Assembly (NCBI RefSeq): GCF_008831285.2
Contig: NC_045138.2
Coordinates: 12,834,001 to 12,898,000, forward strand
Length of the DNA stretch: 64,000 bases
DNA from: Nymphaea colorata
Taxonomy: Eukaryota
Direction of reading: 5' to 3'
The translations under genes were made by a program, and so were the position numbers. Numbering within the stretch: position 1 is the first letter of the stretch; each line of letters opens with the position of its first letter. The notes beneath the pieces were generated by a model. That model was not told the DNA's origin. It saw only the letters and a program-made list of their open reading frames with translations, and searched no databases. This document shows positions 36,801-43,129 of this stretch, in pieces.

Positions 36801-38714
36801 GGGATGCGGCAAGTTCCAAAAAGATTGGGTGCGGGTGCGACGAGGGCATATATATATATATATATATATATCTGTCTGTGTGTGTGTGTGTGTGTGTGTG
36901 TTTGTGTTATATAAGTAATTTTATTTGTCTTAACCTTGTGATGGTTTATGTTCGATTCCTTCCATTTTTTTTTATCCTTTAATTGGTTTCTCTTTTTCTG
37001 CCCCTTCTAATTCTTTTGTTTTGCCATCAACTGTCTTAGTAAGATTTACTTTCGGCTCACTTTTGGATCCATCGGTAAATCCCAAGAAGCCTTTACCTCC
37101 TATGTGATACGTCATAGTAGAAACCCAATTCACATAGTTGGTAGGGGAAAGCTTAAGGAATGGTTGAAAAGTGAGAGATTCCTTTTCCTCCGTTTTGTGA
37201 AGACAAAGTCTGGCCATAAGAACCATGACACACCAGAATAGGAGGCTTGAATTTGCTGAGCGGATGGTCCAGCTCTACACAATCTGCCAGTCACCCTTAA
37301 TGCCTTGATGATGCTGAGAGGGAATCCTTTTAACATCACCTGTAGGATTGGTGAATAGGCTTGGGCATCGGGCCAGCCCGGCTTGCTAAGGAGTCGGTTT
37401 TCGGCCGGTCCGATACCTGAAACTTGAGCCCGGGCTCAGCCCGGTGAAAATTAAAAAATATATGTTTTAATGTAAAATAATATATAAATATAATTAATTA
37501 TAATAAAGTATTATAATTATATATAAAAATCAACAAGAATAAAATTAAAAAAAACTTATCGAGCCCACCCCTGCCTGGGTATCCGTTGGGTACCTGGCCC
37601 GATGCCCAGGCTTACTGGTGAAGATCCACACTGATGTATCAACAACCAGTCAGCAAACAGCCAGCAATTTGCTCCAGCAGTGAACTCAGTTCTTCCATGG
37701 CGTACTCCCCAACTTGAACGTATACATGACAGACTCTGATACCATGCAACTTGCAAGGGAAGTACATATGGATACAAATCTATATCTTCCACACCAAATA
37801 TACTGATTACTGAGTCACACACAAGAAAAGGAAGATATAGATACAAAATCTATGGCCCTAACAACACACTGATACACTCAGGCTGAAACAGTACATTTAA
37901 TTCATCAACTTGCTCTCAAAGAGATTACAATAGATGAGGTTTATATATATACAAGAAGAAAAATAAGAAATATAAAAATTTTTATTACAATTTAACATCT
38001 ACGTGGGATCCATGCATGTAGTTGTCTCTATTATCTGGAAATGTTTACAGACTTTAACAGCCTTGAGACACTTGCTTTTGTGTGGTTAATTTGTTCCTGC
38101 CCTAGTACAAGCACAAGTAGACTTTTGCAATATAAGGGCGATTAATTTGCCATGGAGCCCTTTGAAAAATGACTCTAGGTAGCTGGAGAAGACTTCCGAA
38201 GCAGGTGGACTCCCTGCTGTAGACATGTCTGTGTTGACTTAGCTTCTTTGAGTGTTCTTGGCCTTTTGACGGATGTTGAGCAGTTTTGCTGAACAAGCTA
38301 ACAAGAGGTTCAGTTAATTCCTTTATGACATCTGAAATGTGTAGATGTGGTCGGGTTTCAATAGTTCAACCATGATTTAAATACCCACACTAAATTTGAT
38401 GGAAAAGGTCAATGCATCGTCTTCATGATAGTCCTGCAGAATATAAGTTTCCAAACAGGTGACTTGGTTGACTCGCACAACATTTCTTTTTACATTATTA
38501 GTGATATGAGTGCCAGATCTCTTTCAGGTCATTGGATTGACATTTCTTGCCTTAGAAGACTTCTAAGTTGATTCATGACAAGAACATTGTATAATTGATA
38601 GTCATTTCTTTTTGTCAGTGCGTGATTTAGAACTCATGAGTATCAAATATCTTTCAGGCCATTGGGTTGAAATTTTTTGTCCCAGAAGACTTCTTTGTGC
38701 AGGAGGGTTCCTGA
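6225..38714 (+). CDS. ZDP: Polynucleotide 3'-phosphatase ZDP (one PARP-type zinc finger plus PNK3P/HAD phosphatase), spliced. Exons: 6225 (or 6327)-6536, 6636-6695, 9966-10037, 10118-10174, 12918-12994, 18160-18241, 18331-18447, 18760-18875, 27404-27473, 38658-38714
   Basis: Exon 1 encodes a PARP zinc finger (AEYAKSARSSCKKC...KWHHFQCF). Later exons give LLPKWKAFQTVIFL, KIAAFDFDGCL (HAD DxD motif), GYKLVIFTNESNI, FRKPKPGMW, SFYVGDAAGR..DHSDAD and AIGLKFFVPEDFF. All junctions are AG/GT and phase-compatible, giving 305 aa from ATG 6327 or 339 aa from ATG 6225. Small extra exons between 6696 and 9965 cannot be excluded. Confidence 0.93.
7575..7953. mobile_element. AT-rich hAT-type MITE (CAGTGTCA...TGACAAT family)
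   Basis: Direct flanks are ATTTATAT. The inside has an A-rich then a T-rich half, and a similar right end recurs near 17385-17435. Confidence 0.65.
11539..11937. mobile_element. hAT-type MITE (CTATGTCAC family), nested in a larger related element at about 10990-12378
   Basis: Termini are CTATGTAAC and GTGTCATAG, with a perfect TSD AGAAAGAG and an internal (TA)n tract. Confidence 0.8.
13693..14057. mobile_element. hAT-type MITE (CTATGTCAC family)
   Basis: Termini are CTATGTCAC and GTGTCATAG, with a perfect TSD ATTATAAC. It is closely similar to the copy at 39469-39831. Confidence 0.9.
14630..17229 (-). mobile_element. Decayed hAT-superfamily DNA transposon (transposase pseudogene with 5' terminus)
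   Basis: Fragments give a BED finger (KCSFCG...MKHHLTG), SIMLDGWTD, WSPCATHCVNLML, QPAQTRFAT and the dimerisation motif WW...LSQTCSANGCERNWS, split by stops and frameshifts. CGATAC/GTATCG subterminal repeats at 17065-17220 end in ACAACATTG. No matching second end was found. Confidence 0.88.
19179..19770. mobile_element. hAT-type MITE (CTATGTCAC family) inserted in an old LTR
   Basis: The right end is GCACCCATGTGACATAG and there is a partial TSD GTGGCA. LTR similarity to 26850-27058 resumes on both sides. Confidence 0.72.
21338..26452 (-). mobile_element. Full-length Ty1/copia LTR retrotransposon, antisense to ZDP
   Basis: LTRs at 21338-21614 and 26170-26452 differ by 3 substitutions and one 6-bp indel. 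TSD CATGA is at 21333-21337 and 26453-26457. The reverse complement of the PBS (GCTCTGATACCA) is at 26158-26169 and of the PPT at 21615-21625. Confidence 0.96.
21600..25919 (-). CDS. Copia Gag-Pol polyprotein, 1439 aa; RT probably inactive
   Basis: Motifs CFYCNKRGHVKSEC, WYVDSGAAAH, WHGRLAH, DVWGP...CDGGGEF...NGIAERK, YVDDIV, DADWAG and TDIFTKGL are present. RT motif A reads WPLYQFKNAFLHG and lacks the usual Asp. Confidence 0.93.
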   Translation of the reverse strand: MDQRTPSLLSSSFLSQLISQKLNHSNYLTWKRQIVPFIKSHRLYGHIDGTTPAPPKYIYREVKKTVVGDQATGASAGSETSIEYDTLTESNPEYDVWLAHDQSLVAYITSTLSEEVLGGIDDDLTALELWSTLATTYSQVSEARFLQLRRQFQDIKRGTRTVLEYLNEIKNVSDQLVAIGHPVSDKDKVQQALSGLGTEFDIFCTALEVLPVLPSFEDLKAKLFQHEASRVQRQNMISPNSHNVLITGTHALQGNRTRHWTPQARMGRGILPTPPGMNTTAATSRRVPTCFYCNKRGHVKSECWHNPQNKNNQVRRENKAAVGSVSSSSSSNPTSNVSSEVQQLLMTALSKLHLKQNEQGEWYVDSGAAAHVTGDTGTLSSVFPYLDQGSVVTGDGSHHTISHIGNAQISMGSSSIPLKNVLVVPSVKKNIISVSKLIDDTHSSVEFTPSSVYVKDARTKRTFAEGTRKGNMYVLEEAPKLSKSHPSDPSFSIHSEINVAEYNKPSIWHGRLAHCSQSFVRSLVANGLLDKSSLSSVSEFSMCSSCHICKSHALPFQLINKRASKAFDTIHSDVWGPAPIPSSSGSRYYVIFIDSYSRYTWIHFMKHKSEVFRLFTQFHALVQNKYSSNIVHFQCDGGGEFISSEFTEYLLDNGITRQTSCPHTPQQNGIAERKHRHIVESALSMMHDTDLPMTLWTEAFHTAVHAINRLPLALLDGKSPFFLLHQEQPCYEDLRVFGCVCYVHVDVSLRNKFQDRAVLCRFIGYAENYKGYRCYNPKTGRVHISRHVIFYESRLQDSKATSLTLKDKNEFYDTWLHAEILRQGAEKLNEHKEQVVNEPETPISSSLDSMPPFPQPNDPPTYNRFSGLVYSTRSVPTADPTAVPRQSQRVRHPIDRWVSYNNFSLDFQLFMTEVNKKVEPKSYHHASKEKCWVEAMNEEMTALHECQTWQIVPRPNDKNVVGSKWVYKLKYKPDGSIDRHKARLVARGFTQQYGEDYDETFSPVIKMGTIRVIISLAVSYGWPLYQFKNAFLHGILKEEVYMEQPPGYTTHDPQQWVCKLQKSLYGLKQTSRSWFDRFSHHIQQVGFLRSSLDHSLFIYHSGETTTWLLIYVDDIVITGNSASHISYVKDMLKQEFKMKDLGKLRYFLGVELDRTNDRLTLTQHKYTLNVLDKADMTNCKPITTPSVLNTKLTSSNGTAAYSDPTFYRNIVGVLQYLTFTRPDIVYAVNQISQFMHAPTEGHMDAAKRILRYLKASLGDGLVYTKCPNVSLGHSIYTYTDADWAGDPDDRRSVSGFCLFLDSNLICWSSKKQRVVARSSTEAEYRAMAAGTAEASWLRHLLGELNLSIAQSSLLCDNQSAIKITFNPILHHRTKHIEIDQYFIRQKVEEAEILPTYISTSEQITDIFTKGLTGQHFWELKNKLCMVKSHAQLEGGCLCV
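27772..28110 (-). mobile_element. Truncated copia 3' end (pol tail plus LTR)
   Basis: The minus strand reads ...CTKLNIIDIYAPN*, followed by an LTR-like segment with the same CTAATC..GATTAG palindrome seen in other LTRs here. Confidence 0.6.
29913..35260 (+). mobile_element. Full-length, apparently intact Ty1/copia LTR retrotransposon
   Basis: Two 228-bp TG...CA LTRs (29913-30140, 35033-35260) differ at one position. TSD TCATC flanks both ends, the tRNA-Met PBS TGGTATCAGAGC is at 30141, and the PPT GAGGGGGAG precedes the 3' LTR. Confidence 0.97.
30811..35025 (+). CDS. Copia Gag-Pol polyprotein, 1404 aa (gag, zinc knuckle, protease, integrase, RT, RNase H)
   Basis: Motifs CTYCGKIGHLEDRC, WIIDSGAS, WHLRLGH, DVWGP...TDNA...NGVAERK, QLDVKNAFLYG, YVDDII, DADYAG and ADMFTKAL occur in copia order in one uninterrupted ORF. 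Confidence 0.96.
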   Translation: MMAENQRLEGGNDHKGVGNPFSYGSTVKLDGHNYELWSRSFMLSVKGHRKRHIIEEDEPLNKTDKYITWEEDDSMVMSWIMNSVQPQIASTITYYTTAKEMWDFLRQTYSQDKNVSKILQIEEELHNLRQGNQDLSQYFATVKATYERLKFLRPPCKSCYKSHFEPTMVAKFLAGLSPEYASAKDQMLTGSEIPELSDAYNRLSRLAVSLSQPTGVTPTSASALAVGGGRGHSSTYSVRGRNIGRGTGGRGRFQCTYCGKIGHLEDRCWDKHGRPSSLSQGRNIVIKQGKSPTHLSMGSAQTATPTVEDASSSIAPETVTVSIDRVEYEQFLAHKASQASASIALTDRAFSAGPSTSDSGTLWIIDSGASRHFCSSPGWFTTLHKFPQPRHVKIADGRLSPVLGYGNVKLSQSMTISHVLYAPNFPSHLLSVKQLTTDLHCRVIFDPGSCSFQDLQTGKTIGGGYEKGGVYILSAPMGLAATASTSESTIFQWHLRLGHPSAPKLRSLLPKLSVPESFQCEACQLGKHTRSSFPSSLSPSSQGLFDLLHVDVWGPSRVASRDRFRYFLVVVDDYSRVSWVFLLKERSEVICILKNLIIEIKTQFSSVVKCIRTDNALEFKSSILMTFYAENGISPQFTCPHTSQQNGVAERKHRQLLTLARTLMLHNHVPAYLWGDAILMSCYLTNRLPSSSIDNKVPIKLVYPNRSLFSVAPKVFGCTCFVHILGPKRDKLAAQAIKCVFIGYPRNQKGYKCFDPVTHKEYISADVTFFEERSYFNPLTSTSSEMPCPIPLPIPPIPLQSFPSPTLTMNRFQDPPLVYTRRQDPSHGRPSDSSQDVSSTEVSIPDVVPSNDLPIALRKGKRQCTMHPISHFVSTAHLDDNLQQFLKAMAVHTVPTSHQQALLDCKWRTAMQDEMDALVQRGTWELVDPPDDCDIVGAKWVFTVKYHSDGSLERYKARLVAKGYTQTYGVDFFETFSPVARLGTIRLIISVAVHSDWPMYQLDVKNAFLYGDLEETVYMQQPPGFEKQGECSKVCRLKKAIYGLKQSPRAWFHKLSEVVSQCGFERSPLDHSLFIKKTSTGIVVMIVYVDDIILTGDCGQEISVTKAFLQKHFVTKDLGHLRYFLGIEVVENKEGVALSQRKYVLDLLQDTGMLGTKPANLPMNPRIHLHDDQSELVDSRSYRSLIGKLLYVTVTRPDISFAVGKLSQFMEKPRKVHWDVALMVLKYLKSSPGRGLFFKKGEYLDVVAYSDADYAGSVDDRRSTTGFCVFVGGNLISWRSKKQNVVSRSSAESEYRAMAQTATEMTWIKSMLTNMSIHVPLPMRMYCDNKAATYIANNPVFHERTKHIEVDCHYIRDLIKEGVVSTVHVASEDQAADMFTKALPIGDFSRCCDKLSMVDIYAPA
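36975..37866 (-). mobile_element. Truncated copia 5' end (LTR, PBS, gag start), interrupted by a MITE
   Basis: A reverse-complement PBS (CTCTGATACCA) lies near 37734-37744 next to a TG..CA segment. A gag-like peptide KLSPTNYVNW...GFLGFTDGS lies in ORF 36972-37226. Confidence 0.6.
37356..37614. mobile_element. hAT-type MITE
   Basis: TIRs are TAGGCTTGGGCATCGGGCC and GGCCCGATGCCCAGGCTTA, with TSD TTGGTGAA/CTGGTGAA. Confidence 0.82.
38528..38566 (+). other. Diverged duplicate of the ZDP terminal exon (pseudo-exon or alternative last exon)
   Basis: A CTTTCAG acceptor is followed by VIGLTFLALEDF*, homologous to AIGLKFFVPEDFFVQEGS* 130 bp downstream. Confidence 0.8.
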
Positions 38715-38964
38715 TTAAAGTTGTTGAAGTTTGTTTACTGCAAGTCTGCAATGTGTTGCTTGGTGACAATTTGCCAGCCTTCTACCTTGAATCAGGACTC
38801 TTAGTACTGACGACGAGGTTAGCTGATAAAATTTTGGAAAGCAATGGCAAAGGGACGGCTGTTCAGTAACTGTAGTTGCTTCTGTAAAGTTGGGTAGCAG
38901 TAATGAGCATGGAAGATTCTGCTTTATGTTATCTCGAGTAAAATTTTTACCGCGGTGCCACCGA

Positions 38965-40475
38965 GTAATTTTTTTACATCTAAACTTGCTGCCAACATGG
39001 TAAAAAATGTCCAACACTTCAGTGCAGTCTGACAGTTAAACAATTTGGTCAAAATGATTAACACTTTCTTGGAGATTGATAAACAAACAGCTTGTAAAAC
39101 ATGAACGTTTGGATCAAGAATTAGAGTTTGTAATTGAATGAGCTGAAAGTCAAATTCAATTAAAAATTGGTTTTGAGATCAAGAAAAAGTTAAAATGGAT
39201 TTTTTTTTTTCACATCTAAACTTGCTGCCAACTTGTTAAAAAATGTCCAATACTTCAGTGGAGACTGACAATTAAACAAAGAGGTTTGGAAAAATGACTA
39301 ACACTTTCGTGGAGATTGATAAACAAACAGCTGGTAAAACATGAACGCTAGGATCAAGATTAAAGTTTGTAAATGAATGAACTGAAAGTCAAATCCAATT
39401 AAAAATTGGAATTGAGATAAAAAAAAACTTAAAATGAATTTGTTTTTACCTCTAAACTTGCTGTCAGCCTATGTCACATGGGTGTGGGCCATGTGTGGGT
39501 GCGATACGGGTATGGTGATACGGATACAGACATGGTAATTTTGAAAATTTTGGATATGCGAATATGGTAAAATTTTATATTTTCAAAAATAATAAAATAA
39601 TAAAATATTAAATTAATAGTTCATTTTTATAAAAAAGTTTGTTTTATTACAAAAGTTTTGAGTATTTGAAAGGATTGTTCATGAAAATAATTAGATGTAT
39701 AAAAAAATGATAAAATAAAAAAAAATATGAAATTAATAGTTTATTTTTTTGGCGTATCCTACCTGTATCTGTATCTGGATACACGTGTCCGTGTATCAGA
39801 TATGTGTACGTGGGTTTAATCCGTGTGATAGAGCTGCCAACTTGGTAAAAAATGTCCAACACTTTAGTGGAGACTGACAATTAAACAAAGAGCTTTGGTC
39901 AGAATGACTAACACTTTCGTGGTGATTGATAAACAAAGAGCTGGTAAAACATGAACGCTTGGTTCAAGATTAAAGTTTGTAAATGAATGAACTGAAAGCC
40001 AAGATTAAAAAAAAAAAAAGACTTAAAATGAAGTTTTTTTACATCTAGACTTGCTGCCAACTTGGTAAAAAATGACCAACACTTTAGTGGAGACTGACAA
40101 TTAAACAAAGAGCTTTGGTCAAAATGACTTGACACTTTCGTGGAGATTGATAAACAAAGAGCTGGTAAAACATGAACGCTTGGATCAAGATTAAAGTTTG
40201 TAAATGAATGAACTGAAAGCCAAAACCAATTAAAATTTGGTTTTGAGATAAAAAAAAAAACTTAAAATGAATTTTTTTCTACATCCACACTTGCTGCCAA
40301 CTTGGTAAAAAATGACCAACACTTTAGTGCAGACTGACAATCAAACAAACAGCTTTGCTCAAAATGATTAAAATTTTCGTGGATATTGGTAAACAAACAG
40401 CTGGTAAAACATGGACGCCTGGATCAATAATTAATGAACTGAAAGCCAAGTCCAATTAAAAAATGGTTTTGAGAA
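38965..40475. repeat. Tandem array of about five ~240-bp units; third unit split by a MITE
   Basis: The anchor ACTTGCTGCCAAC(A/T)TGGTAAAAAATG recurs near 38984, 39220, 39456/39834, 40049 and 40289, each followed by shared sequence such as AAAACATGAACG. Confidence 0.92.
39469..39831. mobile_element. hAT-type MITE (CTATGTCAC family) inserted in the tandem array
   Basis: Termini are CTATGTCAC and GTGTGATAG, and the interior aligns with 13693-14057. The TSD is degenerate. Confidence 0.82.
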
Positions 40476-40671
40476 AGTAAGCTGCCACGTATTTGACATA
40501 ATGACGCCCATTTGAATTCATGACATGATGAGATTTTTAGTGGACGCATAACGACGTCACATTAAACGCATGAAAACTTTGACAAGACTATGAGTGTACG
40601 CAAGGACTATTCGTGCAACAAAAAAGTTAAACGGGGGTTTACGTCCTAAATCTGCACCTTCATTTTGATCG

Positions 40672-40672
40672 T

Positions 40673-40732
<60 letters not shown>

Positions 40733-40745
40733 GAGAGAGAGAGAG
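40672..40745. repeat. Compound (TA)n(GA)n microsatellite; other tracts at about 11777-11837, 12031-12071, 19012-19086, 27828-27868
   Basis: Dinucleotide runs are directly visible. Confidence 0.9.
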
Positions 40746-41811
40746 GGAGTGAAAGAGGAGAAAGTGGGAAGAGGGAGGGACAAGAATCAATCTACTTAGC
40801 CATTATAATGACATCTCTAATCTCCTGAATACCATGAGAGAGAGAGAGAACCAACCAATTCAGCCTCTTTCTCCTTTTTGTGGGTTTTCTGTAGTGATTC
40901 AAGACAAAATATTGGATCAAAAACAGTTTTTAACGTTAATTTAATTTTGTATTTTAAAAACTCATATTGTGCATTACTCAAGTGATTTTCAATTGAGTCA
41001 GTCAATTCTCTGTCTAATCAGCCAATCTTGGTGTGGATTGCTTGAGTCCTAACCTCTGACCCAGTAATTGAACGATCTTGATTCCTGAGTCGGATCGTCG
41101 GTTTGTCAACTTATGCTGTCAGAAGGTAGTGATTCAACGTTGTAACCGGAAGGACTTCAGTTCAAGCGAGGACACTCCGTGAGAATTTAGCAAACATTTC
41201 TAACAGGTCTAGGAGGGATTCAAACTTATTGGCCCATTTGGCACGAGCCCTCACAATCTATTCTCTCATCCTCACTCTACTAGCACCCATCATCACTATC
41301 TAATGGCAGCTATCTCAAATTATTCTCTAAACGCAAAAACTGGCCTGTTTAGATTCCAAAACTTCCCACAATAATATCTTAAATGGCCTCAATATGAAAA
41401 CATGCTTCTTCATCTGCAAGTCCTATGGCAGCATGGAAGATGTTAAGTCTCGTCTTCTTGCTCTTGGATGACAAATTCATGGAACCCGTACAACAATCAA
41501 CGCAAGTATTGACTGTAGAAGGATATAAATGCCCAAGAATGATCAAGATATAATGGATCTAGTTCATGTCATACATGTCAAGGATGACCAAGCCCGGTGT
41601 GAAGTAGAAACACAACCAAAACATACTCCAATTTCCTCCACAAGACTTTGACCGATCCATGTGTTAACTTCAAGGTCATGAGTAGCATTCATGTCCTTCA
41701 ACCCAAACAAATCAAACAAAAAACCAGGCAAGATTTTAATATCTGCCCCTAGATTGTGCAAGACACGCTTAATGATTATGTTTTTATGACACAAGAGATG
41801 ATAGGAGCCAC

Positions 41812-42052
41812 CCGGAGGGGTGGCAGTGCACTAGGCAACAAGGTAATCCACTTTAAAAGGGTCTGAGATTCAAATGTCGTGATCGCTATAACAACCCATT
41901 GAGCTCATCCTCTAGCCGATGCAAGCTCTGTGAACCCTGTGGCTGATGGGCATAGAGGGGAGGCAGTTGCCTTTCTTCGGGGCGGTGGATATGAACCTCG
42001 GGGCGGTGGATATGAACCATTCACCCTTTAAAAAAAGAAAAAAAGAAAAGAG
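41812..42052 (+). mobile_element. Putative tRNA-derived SINE
   Basis: An 18-bp TSD AGAGAT(G/A)ATAGGAGCCAC flanks it (41794-41811, 42053-42070). It has A-box-like TGGCAGTGCACTAGG, B-box-like GAGATTCAAATG, an A-rich tail at 42030-42050 and an internal 21-bp tandem duplication. Confidence 0.72.
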
Positions 42053-42214
42053 AGAGATAATAGGAGCCACTAGATCTTGAGCTTAGTTAGAGTTTGATGC
42101 TAAATTACCAAAACTCTCCTCTCAATTACCCATACATTCTTGTAGTACCCCACTTTTAGTAACATTATTACGGCTCATGCAGCCTTATTGGTGGTTGACC
42201 CAATTGAGTACATG

Positions 42215-43088
42215 TAGGGCTGGCGTCTGCTGGGCCGGGGAAAACCTGGCCCGGGTCGGATAGGCCGACCGGGTAGACCGGGCAGCGGTCTCGGGCCGGA
42301 TAGGCTGGCCCGGTGGCGGCCCGGCCCAGCCCGACTCCCGGGCTCCCCCTCCTCCTGTCCTCCTTTCCCCCTCTGGGCCAATCCCTCTTCCTCGGCCCGG
42401 CCCAGCCCAGCCCGACTCCCGGGCTCCCCCTCCTCCTGTCCTCCCTCTCCCTCCTCCTTCCTTTTCCCCTCTCCCCTCTGGGGAAATCCCTCTTCCTCCT
42501 CCTCTCCGCTCCCCCTCTCCTTCTTTCTCCTCCTCTCCGCCCCCTTTTCCTCACCGCTCCCCCTCTCCCTCTTTCTTCTCCTCTTTCTCCTCCTCTCCGC
42601 CCCCCCTTTTCTTTACCGCTCCCCCTCTCCCTTTCTCTCCTCTCCGCTCCCCCTTTCCCTACCGCTCCCCCTCTCCATCTTTCTCCTCCTCTCCGCTCCC
42701 CCTTTGGCCCTTTCCCTACCGCTCCCCCTCCCTCTTTCTTCTCCTCTCTGCTCCCCCTCTCCCTCTTTCTTCTCCTCTCCGCTCTCCCTTTCCCTACGCG
42801 CGCTCCCAACTGAAGTTCGGCGTGGGAGGTGGCTCCTGCACTGCCTGCCGCAGCCCACGGTCCGTCTGTAGCAGCTCCGAGACGGGAGGGGGAGCCGCTG
42901 CCGGGCCGTCGGGTATATTCTTGATGTTAACACGCCAAACGGGCCAGGCTGGGCCGCATTTTGGGTGGACAGGCCCGGTACCCGGCCCAGCCCGGCAATA
43001 TTACGGGCCGGGCCCGGGCCCGGGCTTCAGGGCCGACCCGGGCCGGGGAAAACCTCGCCGGGCCGGGCCGGCCCGATACCAGCCCTTA
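42215..43088. mobile_element. GC-rich non-autonomous hAT-type element with an internal pyrimidine minisatellite
   Basis: Termini are TAGGGCTGG and CCAGCCCTTA, flanks are AGTACATG/CGTACATG, and there are many GGCCCG subterminal motifs. CCGCTCCCCCT repeats fill about 42500-42800. Confidence 0.8.
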
Positions 43089-43129
43089 CGTACATGGTTT
43101 GGATTGCACCGACCTAAGAATGGGTGCAA

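Noticed and set aside
38965..40475. CRISPR-like array
   Set aside because: Whole units are repeated with no unique spacers, there are no cas genes, and the context is eukaryotic.
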